This document shows, in pieces, positions 10,709 through 18,930 of a DNA stretch of 64,000 nt. Made by a program: the position numbers and the translations under genes. Source of the DNA: an uncultured Clostridia bacterium (GTDB lineage Bacteria; Bacillota; Clostridia; Christensenellales; CAG-917); NCBI GenBank assembly GCA_934254715.1, contig CAKQLT010000002.1:928-64927 (forward strand), written 5' to 3'. Positions within the stretch are counted from its first letter, which is position 1, and every line of letters begins with the position of its first letter. A model generated the notes under the pieces. That model was not told where the DNA came from. It did no database searches and worked only from the letters and a program-made list of their open reading frames with translations.

Positions 10709-11857
10709 ATGGCAAACAGATTTATCTTGAACGAAACATCATACTTCGGCGCAGGCGCAAGACGTGAACTTCTCGGCGAAATCAAAGCGCGCGGATTCAA
10801 AAAGGCGTTTATCGTTGCAGATAAAGACCTTGTGAAATTCGGTGTGGCAGATATGGTTACGTCAACTCTCGAAGGTTTTCAGTATGAGATGTTCACGGAC
10901 TTCAAAGCAAACCCGACCGTGACGAACGTTAAGAACGGACTTGCGGCATTCAAAGCGTCCGGTGCGGATTTCCTTATTGCAATCGGTGGCGGTAGCGCAA
11001 TCGATACGTCAAAGGGTATTGCAATCGTTGCAAACAACCCCGAATTTGAAGACGTCGTTTCGCTTGAAGGCGTTGCTCCTACAAAACATAAATGCGTTCC
11101 GATTATCGCACTTCCGACAACCGCAGGCACGGCAGCAGAAGTCACAATCAATTACGTCATTATCGACGAAGAAACGGGCAGAAAGATGGTTTGCGTAGAT
11201 CCGCACGACATTCCCGTGCTTGCTATTATCGACGCAGAACTTATGGCATCTATGCCCAAAGGTTTGACTGCTGCAACAGGTATGGACGCACTTACGCACG
11301 CAATCGAAGGTTATATCACGAAAGGCGCGTGGGAACTTTCCGATATGTTTGAACTCAAAGCGATTGAACTTATCTCCAAGAACCTTCGCAATGCAACGTT
11401 CAACGGCAAAGATATGACCGCTCGTGAGAATATGGCACTTGCACAATACGTTGCAGGTATGGCTTTCTCAAACGTCGGACTTGGTTGCGTTCACTCAATG
11501 GCGCACCCGCTCGGCGCAAGATTTGATATTCCGCACGGCGTTGCAAACGCACTTCTATTGCCTATCGTTATGGAATACAATATGCCTGCTGCACAAGAGA
11601 AGTATTGCAATATCGCACGCGCAATGGGTGTGAATATCGATGGTTTGTCCGTTGAAGAAGGCGCAAAAGCGGCAGTAAGCGCAGTCAAACAACTTTCGCT
11701 CGACCTTGGCATTCCGCAAACTCTTCGTGAGATAAATATCCCCGAAAGCGCACTTGAACAACTTTCCAAAGACGCATTCGCAGACGTGTGTACGGGCGGC
11801 AATCCGAGAGAAATAACCGAAAAAGACATTTTGGAACTCTACAAGATAGCATATTGA
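10709..11857 (+). CDS. fucO: Lactaldehyde reductase / 1,2-propanediol oxidoreductase (iron-containing alcohol dehydrogenase)
   Basis: The RBS is AAGGAG. The motifs LIAIGGGSAIDTSKGIA and HSMAHPLGARFDIPHGVANA mark the Fe-ADH family. Its position after rhaBAD fits lactaldehyde reduction. Confidence 0.88.
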   Translation: MANRFILNETSYFGAGARRELLGEIKARGFKKAFIVADKDLVKFGVADMVTSTLEGFQYEMFTDFKANPTVTNVKNGLAAFKASGADFLIAIGGGSAIDTSKGIAIVANNPEFEDVVSLEGVAPTKHKCVPIIALPTTAGTAAEVTINYVIIDEETGRKMVCVDPHDIPVLAIIDAELMASMPKGLTAATGMDALTHAIEGYITKGAWELSDMFELKAIELISKNLRNATFNGKDMTARENMALAQYVAGMAFSNVGLGCVHSMAHPLGARFDIPHGVANALLLPIVMEYNMPAAQEKYCNIARAMGVNIDGLSVEEGAKAAVSAVKQLSLDLGIPQTLREINIPESALEQLSKDAFADVCTGGNPREITEKDILELYKIAY

Positions 11858-11914
11858 TGTAATTACTTTTTTTATGAAATTAGAAAGGGAGAAGTGAGAT
11901 TCGTTTCTTCCTTT

Positions 11915-12613
11915 TTAATTGTTTTTGACACAAAGTGCGTTAAGTTTATTTTGCAATTTCATTTTTCTGCGCCATATGGTCGTGCGGTTGACATTCAAAA
12001 GTTGTGTTATTTCTAGATAAGTCAATCCCGACATATAGGCGCAGAGAACGTCATATTCGCCTTGCGTCAAATTCATTCTTTTGATGAGCGCATCAACGGC
12101 GGTATAATCGTTGTTGGATTCGTCGTCGATAAAAGTTATGTGCGACAATGCAACACTGTCGCTTATGACGGTTGTGTGCGTTAAATGACGGGTGAATTGT
12201 TTGTCCAAGTATCTATCCGTAAAACGGAAGCACGCTTGCTTAATCGAGATAATATTTCCACGAGTGGTCGTATAATTATCGCCAAGTCTTTTGCCGATGT
12301 GTTCACAAAGGAAAAGCATTGCGGTTTGCGCTATATCGTATCCGTCCGAGTATTTGTCGAGAGAATCATTTGATTTGTTGCAATCCTTTATAAGTCCGTC
12401 GTATAGACGATATAAATCTTTGCCCGAACGACACATTACTGTTCTTATAGTAAGCAACGCTATCAATTCGCCGAGTTTCTTGATGTCGTCTGCGGTTATA
12501 ACAACGTCATCGTCTAAAATGTATTGCCTTTTCGCAATGATTTTGACTTGTGCTTGATTGCCATCATAAATACCGATTGCATTTTGATTTTGAAGATGGA
12601 TTTGAGATTTCAT
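11915..12613 (-). CDS. Sigma-70 region-4-like HTH protein (mobile-element-type transcription factor)
   Basis: I chose the ATG at 12613, which follows GGAG; the 12628 ORF-track start is a TTG lying inside the RBS. The C-terminus LTQGEYDVLCAYMSGLTYLEITQLLNVNRTTIWRRKMKL looks like a sigma region 4/LuxR-type HTH. The gene sits in an AT-rich islet. Confidence 0.6.
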   Translation of the reverse strand: MKSQIHLQNQNAIGIYDGNQAQVKIIAKRQYILDDDVVITADDIKKLGELIALLTIRTVMCRSGKDLYRLYDGLIKDCNKSNDSLDKYSDGYDIAQTAMLFLCEHIGKRLGDNYTTTRGNIISIKQACFRFTDRYLDKQFTRHLTHTTVISDSVALSHITFIDDESNNDYTAVDALIKRMNLTQGEYDVLCAYMSGLTYLEITQLLNVNRTTIWRRKMKLQNKLNALCVKNN

Positions 12614-12704
12614 ATTGATACGCTCCAAGTTTTATTTGCCTTTCGGCAACAAGACGGCGTAGCACCGAGAAAACTCAAAAACGTATCACTTCAACTCGCA
12701 AGAT

Positions 12705-12908
12705 GCCTATGCCAACGACCAGCATAAAAATGTTGTGTAAAAATCTTTCTACTTGTATCAAAGACTACGGCACGTCTAATCGTCACACTTGTATCAAGAC
12801 TACGGCTCGTCTAACAGGCAAACGGGCAAAATTCACATAAAATACACATTAAATTAGAGACAATTTTTGAGAGTTGCAAAACAAGATTTTTATGCCGTTG
12901 ACATAGGC
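12705..12908. repeat. Inverted repeats flanking two ~30-bp direct repeats
   Basis: The left arm is GCCTATGCCAACGACCAGCATAAAAATG (12705-12732). The right arm is TTTTTATGCCGTTGACATAGGC (12887-12908); its reverse complement matches the left arm with 1 mismatch and a 4-nt indel. The direct repeats are ACTTGTATCAAAGACTACGGCACGTCTAAT (12751-12780) and ACTTGTATCAAGACTACGGCTCGTCTAAC (12787-12816). Confidence 0.7.
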
Positions 12909-13146
12909 TTTTCTCTGTGCTAAACCATCACACCGAAAGGCAATACAAAACTCGGAGCAGGCATAAAAATGATTGCGATTTAAGAAATCTATCGCAGGAT
13001 ATGGAAATTGATTGAATGTAAAAAATTGCAAAAAATTATACTTGATTTTATACTCGTTTTTGATAATAATACTGCAACATACAATATAATGTGTTTCTTG
13101 TGATTGCAAAATTCAACTTATAGTGTATAATGTAGGAACAGTATAT

Positions 13147-13188
13147 AATTATTAATTATTCATTATAAAGGCGCTCGCAGATGCGAGC
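13147..13188 (+). repeat. AT-box plus GC hairpin composite repeat, copy 1
   Basis: AATTATTAATTATTCATTAT... is followed by the hairpin GCTCGC-AGAT-GCGAGC. The first 21 nt are identical to the copies at 17273 and 22541-22566 (the latter reverse-complemented). Confidence 0.7.
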
Positions 13189-13229
13189 ATCTTTATATAG
13201 AATGTTTTTTGATTTTTTTCAAATTTGTA

Positions 13230-13258
13230 TTGACAATAACGAAAGGTTTTGCTATAAC
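13230..13258 (+). promoter_or_regulatory. Candidate sigma-A promoter of the zur-znu operon
   Basis: TTGACA (13230-13235), a 17-nt spacer, then TATAAC (13253-13258). A 7-bp inverted repeat, ATAACAT (13254-13260) and ATGTTAT (13278-13284), overlaps the -10 and the start codon. It may be an operator. Confidence 0.5.
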
Positions 13259-13277
13259 ATATGCAAATGAATCGCAA

Positions 13278-13685
13278 ATGTTATCGAGGCACGATTTGAA
13301 AGATTATACGACAAAACAGAGAAAACTCATATTGAATGCACTCGCTAACAGTGATTCTATGACTGCAGAGGACATATTTGTCGCATTGAAAAACGACGGC
13401 GTAAGCATAAGCACCGTATATAGAAATCTCGACAAACTTGTTCAAAGCAACCGTGTTGTGCGTGAATTGTCAAAAGACGGCAGCAAGTCGTTGTATCGAC
13501 TGAACAAAACCGCTTTTTGTTCGGGGCATTTGCATCTGGTATGTAGCAACTGCGGCTGTGTAATTCACGTCAGCGACAACGATACAAGCAAACTCGGCGA
13601 ATCCGTTATGAGTAAATACGGATTTTCGATAGACGAGCAAAGTTCTTTTATAACGGGACTTTGCCAAAAATGCAAGAACTTATAA
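13278..13685 (+). CDS. zur: Fur-family metalloregulator, probably zinc uptake regulator
   Basis: The winged-helix segment is QRKLILNALANSDSMTAEDIFVALKNDGVSISTVYRNLDKL. Two CxxC pairs are present (CSNCGC...CQKC). The gene lies directly upstream of znuACB. The start is uncertain: ATG 13278 was chosen because the longer ORF would cover the promoter. Confidence 0.8.
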   Translation: MLSRHDLKDYTTKQRKLILNALANSDSMTAEDIFVALKNDGVSISTVYRNLDKLVQSNRVVRELSKDGSKSLYRLNKTAFCSGHLHLVCSNCGCVIHVSDNDTSKLGESVMSKYGFSIDEQSSFITGLCQKCKNL

Positions 13686-13700
13686 AAAGAGGGCAAACAA

Positions 13701-13997
13701 ATGTTGCGTAAACGCAAGGTATTAATAATCGCTTTGGTCGCGTTTTTTATCGTGGCGTTTTTGTTTGCGTCTTTGTTTTCTCAAATAGAGCACGACCACG
13801 ATTGCACCGGCGACGATTGCCCTATATGTGCGGTGTTGCACTTCGTGCAAGATTTTTTGTCGAGCATCAAACGTCCCGATAATTTAATTGCGTTGTTTAT
13901 TCTTTTTGTCGCGGCTACATTTGCATTGCCTGAAAACGGACAACGCACAAGCAGTGCTGTGACCCCTGTTTCTTTGAACGACGTATTGACATTTTAA
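13701..13997 (+). CDS. Small membrane protein with an HDHDCTGDDCPICAVLH metal-binding-like motif
   Basis: The RBS is AGAGGG. There are two hydrophobic helices with the Cys/His cluster between them. The gene sits between zur and znuA. Confidence 0.6.
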   Translation: MLRKRKVLIIALVAFFIVAFLFASLFSQIEHDHDCTGDDCPICAVLHFVQDFLSSIKRPDNLIALFILFVAATFALPENGQRTSSAVTPVSLNDVLTF

Positions 13998-14122
13998 TAT
14001 AATCTTTAGCAAGGCATAACCGATGTCATCGGTTGTTTTGACGTGCGGAAATTCTCTGAAAAGAGAAGGTTCTGTGTGTTTGCCTTGTATTTTTTTATAA
14101 AAAAATTGAAGGAGATGTAAAT

Positions 14123-15148
14123 ATGAAAAAATCAAATGTAATAAATGTAAAAATCTTTATAGCAATTTTGACAATATGTGTTGTGGCTATCGGTTGTTTA
14201 GGTCTCGTTGCGTGCGACAAGACAAAAGACGACGGCAAACTTTCTATCGTCTGCACGATTTTCCCCGAATACGATTGGACAAAACAAATCCTCGGCGATG
14301 AAGCCGAGAACGTCGATTTGACTTTGCTTTTGGACGACGGCGTGGATTTGCACAGTTATCAACCGTCCGTTGAGGATATTGCAAAAATATCGACCTGCGA
14401 TTTGTTTATATACGTCGGCGGCGAGTCAGACGAGTGGGTTGACAAGGCTCTTGAAAACGCAACCAACAAAGATATGAAAGTTATCAATTTGCTCGAAGTT
14501 TTGGGCGAAAAGGTAAAAAACGAAGAAACAGTTGAAGGAATGGAAGGCGAGCACGAACACGAGCACGAGGAAGAACACGAGGAAGAACACGAGGAAGAAC
14601 ACGAGGAAGAAAAAGACGAACACGTTTGGCTTTCCTTGAAAAACGCCTCGATTCTTTGTGACAAAATCGCGTCTGATTTAAAGGCTCTCGATAGTAAAAA
14701 TGCAGAGAAATACGACAAAAACCTTGCCGAATACAAAAGCAGCCTTTCCGAACTCGACGGCGAATATGCATCTGCGGTGAAGAACGCAAAATACAACACG
14801 CTTGTTTTCGGCGACAGATTCCCGTTCCGTTATCTTGTCGACGACTACAATTTGAAGTATTATGCGGCGTTTGTGGGTTGCTCTGCCGAAACGGAAGCAA
14901 GTTTTGAAACCATAGCGTTTCTTGCAGGCAAAGTGGACGAATTGTCGTTGCCGGCAATCTGCACGATAGAGGGCGCAAAGCACGAGATTGCAAAAACCGT
15001 GAAAGACAATACAAAAACAAAAGATCAGAAGATAGTAACGTTCGATTCTATGCAGTCGACGACTTCGCAAGACATTGCAAACGGTGAAACGTACTTGTCT
15101 GCGATGAGAGGAAATTTGAACTCGCTCAAAACCGCATTGGGCGAATAA
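14123..15148 (+). CDS. znuA: Zinc ABC transporter substrate-binding lipoprotein with a His/Glu-rich loop
   Basis: The RBS is GGAGA and the lipobox is LGLVAC. The fold looks like a cluster A-I SBP (IVCTIFPEYDW..., DEHVWLS). The loop GEHEHEHEEEHEEEHEEEHEEEKDEH is typical of ZnuA/AdcA. Confidence 0.9.
   Translation: MKKSNVINVKIFIAILTICVVAIGCLGLVACDKTKDDGKLSIVCTIFPEYDWTKQILGDEAENVDLTLLLDDGVDLHSYQPSVEDIAKISTCDLFIYVGGESDEWVDKALENATNKDMKVINLLEVLGEKVKNEETVEGMEGEHEHEHEEEHEEEHEEEHEEEKDEHVWLSLKNASILCDKIASDLKALDSKNAEKYDKNLAEYKSSLSELDGEYASAVKNAKYNTLVFGDRFPFRYLVDDYNLKYYAAFVGCSAETEASFETIAFLAGKVDELSLPAICTIEGAKHEIAKTVKDNTKTKDQKIVTFDSMQSTTSQDIANGETYLSAMRGNLNSLKTALGE
14564..14611 (+). repeat. Four tandem copies of the 12-nt unit CACGAGGAAGAA inside znuA (encodes HEEE x4)
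   Basis: The four copies are exact, at 14564-14575, 14576-14587, 14588-14599 and 14600-14611. Confidence 0.9.
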
Positions 15149-15158
15149 GAGGCGAATT

Positions 15159-15869
15159 ATGGCTGAACTCGTATGCCAAAACCTTTCTGTCGGATATGAC
15201 GGAAAATCGGTGGCGGAAAGTATCGATTTAACAATAGAAAAAGGCGATTATCTTTTTGTCGTCGGTGAAAACGGCGCAGGTAAAAGCACGTTTATGAAGA
15301 CGCTTTTAGGATTGCTTAAACCCGTTTCGGGCAATGTCGTTTTTGACGGCGTGAAGCAAAAAGAAATAGGTTATGTGCCGCAACAAACGAGCGCACAAAA
15401 GGATTTTCCCGCTTCTGTTTATGAAATCGTGCTTTCCGGTTGCCTGTCGGGATGCGGGTTCAGACCGTTTTATTCCAAAGCGCAAAAGGATTCCGCTCGC
15501 AAAAATATGGAATTGCTCGGAATATCCGATTTGGCAAAAAAGTGCTATCGAGAACTGTCGGGCGGGCAGCAACAAAGAGTTCTTCTTGCTCGCGCTTTAT
15601 GCGCTGCAAATAAGATGCTTCTTCTTGACGAACCCGTTGCGGGACTCGACCCTATCGCAACGCAGGATTTGTATGGCATCGTAAGAAAATTGAATGAGGA
15701 AAACGGTATGACGATTATAATGATTTCTCACGATATTTCGGCTGCGTTAAAGAATGCAAAGCACGTTCTTTATGTCGGCAAGCCTTGCTATTATGCTGCG
15801 ACGGACGAATTCAAAAACAGTGATTTTTGCAAGAATGCAATCGAGGATTCAGGTTATGGACGCATTTGA
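15159..15869 (+). CDS. znuC: Zinc ABC transporter ATP-binding protein
   Basis: Walker A (GENGAGKST), the ABC signature (LSGGQQQRV) and Walker B (LLLDEP) are present. The gene lies between znuA and znuB. Confidence 0.9.
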   Translation: MAELVCQNLSVGYDGKSVAESIDLTIEKGDYLFVVGENGAGKSTFMKTLLGLLKPVSGNVVFDGVKQKEIGYVPQQTSAQKDFPASVYEIVLSGCLSGCGFRPFYSKAQKDSARKNMELLGISDLAKKCYRELSGGQQQRVLLARALCAANKMLLLDEPVAGLDPIATQDLYGIVRKLNEENGMTIIMISHDISAALKNAKHVLYVGKPCYYAATDEFKNSDFCKNAIEDSGYGRI

Positions 15870-16716
15870 GAAACTGTCGACATATTTTCAATTTCCGTTT
15901 GTGCAATATGCGCTTATCGTCGGCGTTTTGATTGCATTGTGCGCTTCGCTTTTCGGCGCAACGCTCGTATTAAAACGGTTTTCGTATATAGGCGACGGAT
16001 TGTCGCACGTTGCATTCGGCGCGATGGCAGTCGCCGGCGTTGTCGGACTCACAAACGATATGCTGATCGTTATGCCCGTTACCATTGTAGCGGCAATAAT
16101 ACTATTGAGGGTAGGGCAAAATGCAAAAATTAAGGGCGATGCGCTGATAGCAATGATTTCCGTAGGCTCGCTTGCCATAGGTTATTTGTTGCTGAACGTA
16201 TTTTCCGCATCCGCAAACCTTTCGGGCGACGTGTGCAGTACGCTGTTCGGTTCGACGTCTATCCTTACGCTGTCAAAAACCGAAGTATGGCTGTGTTTCG
16301 GGCTTTCGATTTTCGTCGTGTTGTTTTTCGTGTTTGCATACAATAGGCTTTTTGCGGTAACGTTCGACGAAACGTTTGCAAAAGCAACCGGAAGCAAGGT
16401 GGAAGTTTACAACCTTGTGATTGCCATAATAATTGCGGTTATCATTGTGCTTGCAATGAACCTTGTCGGGTCTCTTTTAATATCCGCACTGATAATTTTC
16501 CCCGCTCTGTCGGCAATGCGGATATTTAAAAGTTTTAAGTCTGTTGTCATATGCTCGGCTTGCGTATCCGTCGTATGCGCCGTGCTCGGCATATTGATTT
16601 CAATCGTCTACGGAACGCCGGTCGGTTCGACTATCGTAGCGGCGGATATAGTGTGCTTCCTCTTGTTTTACGCAATAGGATTTGTGTCAAGAAAATTTAC
16701 AACGTCAAAGGTGTGA
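15856..16716 (+). CDS. znuB: Zinc ABC transporter permease
   Basis: I chose the ATG at 15856, which overlaps the znuC end by 14 nt. The polytopic membrane protein begins MDAFEKLSTYFQFPFVQYALIVG, typical of the ZnuB/MntC/TroC family. Confidence 0.88.
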   Translation: MDAFEKLSTYFQFPFVQYALIVGVLIALCASLFGATLVLKRFSYIGDGLSHVAFGAMAVAGVVGLTNDMLIVMPVTIVAAIILLRVGQNAKIKGDALIAMISVGSLAIGYLLLNVFSASANLSGDVCSTLFGSTSILTLSKTEVWLCFGLSIFVVLFFVFAYNRLFAVTFDETFAKATGSKVEVYNLVIAIIIAVIIVLAMNLVGSLLISALIIFPALSAMRIFKSFKSVVICSACVSVVCAVLGILISIVYGTPVGSTIVAADIVCFLLFYAIGFVSRKFTTSKV

Positions 16717-16718
16717 TT

Positions 16719-17180
16719 ATGTCAATGAAAAGAAACGGTAACAATGTAACAAAAAAAATCGTAGGAATTACTGCCTGCATTATAGTTGCGACGATGTGTT
16801 TGATTTGTTTTGCCGCGTGCGGTGAAAACACAATCGCAACGGAAGAAGTCGACGTGGATTTGAGCGTATTGAATTCAACTATGGTATATGCAAAAGTGTA
16901 TGACATCGTGACAAATCCAACCGCCTACCTCGGAAAAACGATAAAGGCAAAGGGAAGCTACGATACGAGTTATTACTCGCCGACCCAAAAGTATTATAAC
17001 TATGTAGTTATACAAGACGCGACCGCTTGCTGCGCACAAGGTTTAGAGTTCGAGTGTTCTGCCGCAAATTATCCGACCAGAGGCTCGGAAATCGAAATTG
17101 TCGGTGTGTTTAAGAGTTATGAAGAACTCGGAATAACGTATTATTACATTCAGGCAAGCACCTTGACGGTTAATCCGTAA
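16719..17180 (+). CDS. Small lipoprotein of unknown function, last gene of the znu operon
   Basis: The ATG at 16719 lies 3 nt after the znuB stop. The lipobox is LICFAAC. A conserved-looking VVIQDATACCAQGLEFE motif is present. Confidence 0.65.
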   Translation: MSMKRNGNNVTKKIVGITACIIVATMCLICFAACGENTIATEEVDVDLSVLNSTMVYAKVYDIVTNPTAYLGKTIKAKGSYDTSYYSPTQKYYNYVVIQDATACCAQGLEFECSAANYPTRGSEIEIVGVFKSYEELGITYYYIQASTLTVNP

Positions 17181-17187
17181 ATCGAAA

Positions 17188-17213
17188 ACGCTCGCATTTG
17201 CGAGCGTCTTTCG
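17188..17213 (+). terminator. Intrinsic terminator of the znu operon
   Basis: ACGCTCGCA-TT-TGCGAGCGT is followed by CTTTCG. It belongs to the CTCGC..GCGAG hairpin family. Confidence 0.65.
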
Positions 17214-17266
17214 TATGCACATAGTGAATATTATTTCTTTTCAGGTGTGGACAGAGTCCACCCAAA

Positions 17267-17322
17267 ATTAATAATTATTAATTATTCATTATTAATTAAA
17301 AAGCACTCGCATTTGCGAGTGC
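17267..17322. repeat. AT-box plus GC hairpin composite repeat, copy 2 (the hairpin also acts as a bidirectional terminator)
   Basis: ATTAATAATTATTAATTATTCATTATTAATTAA is followed by GCACTCGCA-TT-TGCGAGTGC, then CTTTCGTTTTT. An A-run lies upstream, so it can also terminate the minus-strand kinase gene. Confidence 0.7.
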
Positions 17323-17331
17323 CTTTCGTTT

Positions 17332-18930
17332 TTACTTGTTTGCGTTGAGAATCGCAAAGTTCTTTTTGTTTTGTTTATACAAGGATTTGAACACCTCGAA
17401 GCCCTTGTCGTAAACTTTCTCTTTCAACTCAAAGTTGGGGTTAAACGTCTTTTTTGCGGGGATAAACTTCTTTATCTCGTCAAAAGAGGGGATAATGCCC
17501 AAACCTACGCCGACGCACGCCGCCGCGCCTACCGCACCGATGTTTTGCGGATTGTCAACGGTTTCGATGACGTGACCCGTGATGTCTGCAAGCACTTGGC
17601 AAGTGAAGTCGGAAAGCGCGCCGCCACCGACGAATCTGATGACGTCGGACGGTTTGACTTTCTTTGCGGACGCTTCGAGCATCCAGCGTTTGTGATAGCA
17701 AATGCCTTCCAGCACCGCGCGGATAAGTTCGGTCTTGCCCGTTTCGAGACTGATGTTGAAGAACATACCTCTCGCGTTGGGGTCTTCAAACGGACAACGG
17801 TTGCCGTGAAGCCAAGGCGTGAAGATGACGCCGCCGCTTCCTGCGGGAATGTCGTCCACGATTGAAGTCATATACGAGAAAAGGCTGAGATACTTGCTTT
17901 CGATGTCGTCGGTGATGTGTTTCTTTTGAATATAGATTCCGCACTCGTCGAGAGCGATGTGGTCCTTGACCCATTCAAAGCATTTGCCCGACGTTTCGAG
18001 TTCGGCAAAGTAGTTGTATCTGCCGGGTTGCGCCGCAACGACCGCCGCAATCATCGACGTTACGTCAACGGTGGGTTTGTCGGTGATTGTGCCGACCCAG
18101 CCCGACGTGCCGCTGTAAATGTGCGTGTCGCCGAGTCCCGTCGAGCCTGCGCCTACGCCGATAAGGTTTGCGTCCATACCGCCACCGTACACCTTGATAC
18201 CTTTGACGAGTCCGAGTGCCTCTGCCGCCTTTTCGGTGAGAGTGCCCGCACATTCGGTGGATTCGATAAGTCTCGGCATATGCTTGACGTCGATGCCGAA
18301 CATCTTGCACATAGACTTGCTTATGCACTTGTTTTTGAGGTCGTACAGCATAGTGCCGAACGCCGAGTCGTGCGTGAGTACGAATTCGTCCGTCATACGC
18401 GCGATGAGATATTCCTTGACGTCGAGCCACTTATATACGCGCGCGAAGTTTTCGGGTTCGTTGTTTTTGAGCCAGAGATATTTCCAAAGCGGGTCTTTTA
18501 CGCTGAGCGGGGCAGCGCCGGTTATGGCGAGGGATTTGAGAAGTCTGAAAACGTTTGCGCCTTCGATTTGAAGTCCGAATCTGATTCCGTCCTTGATTTC
18601 CTTCGTTGCGCGCTGATCCATATAACTGAACGCGCGATGTACGGGTACGCCGTCGCGATCTACGAGCACCAAGCCTTGCGCTTGCGAGCAGAAAGATATA
18701 CCTTCGACTTGTTCGGGTTTGACGGACGAGTTTTCAAAAATGCGACGAGTGGTCGCTTTCATAGCGTCCCACCATTCTTCGGGGTCTTGTTCCGCGCCAC
18801 CGCCGGGAAGAACGTAAAGTTGATAGCCTTGCGACGCAGCCGAAAGAATCTTGATGCTCTTGTCGATTTCGATAAGACAAGTTTTGATGCCTGTTGTGCC
18901 TACGTCGTAGGCGAGAACGTAATTGCCCAT
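17332..18930 (-). CDS. FGGY-family carbohydrate kinase (xylulokinase-like)
   Basis: I chose the ATG at 18930, which follows AAGGTGG. The N-terminus is YVLAYDVGTTGIKTCLI. FGGY C-terminal motifs are present (GGGMDANLIG..., FVGGGALSDF). Confidence 0.85.
   Translation of the reverse strand: MGNYVLAYDVGTTGIKTCLIEIDKSIKILSAASQGYQLYVLPGGGAEQDPEEWWDAMKATTRRIFENSSVKPEQVEGISFCSQAQGLVLVDRDGVPVHRAFSYMDQRATKEIKDGIRFGLQIEGANVFRLLKSLAITGAAPLSVKDPLWKYLWLKNNEPENFARVYKWLDVKEYLIARMTDEFVLTHDSAFGTMLYDLKNKCISKSMCKMFGIDVKHMPRLIESTECAGTLTEKAAEALGLVKGIKVYGGGMDANLIGVGAGSTGLGDTHIYSGTSGWVGTITDKPTVDVTSMIAAVVAAQPGRYNYFAELETSGKCFEWVKDHIALDECGIYIQKKHITDDIESKYLSLFSYMTSIVDDIPAGSGGVIFTPWLHGNRCPFEDPNARGMFFNISLETGKTELIRAVLEGICYHKRWMLEASAKKVKPSDVIRFVGGGALSDFTCQVLADITGHVIETVDNPQNIGAVGAAACVGVGLGIIPSFDEIKKFIPAKKTFNPNFELKEKVYDKGFEVFKSLYKQNKKNFAILNANK

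Noticed and set aside
12849-13109. The 86-aa minus-strand ORF in the AT-rich islet, and small ORFs at 12185-12727.
   Set aside because: The composition is extremely AT-biased, and there is no RBS and no recognisable motif. The ORF overlaps a likely promoter and repeat region. The others lie antisense to, or within, the sigma-like gene.
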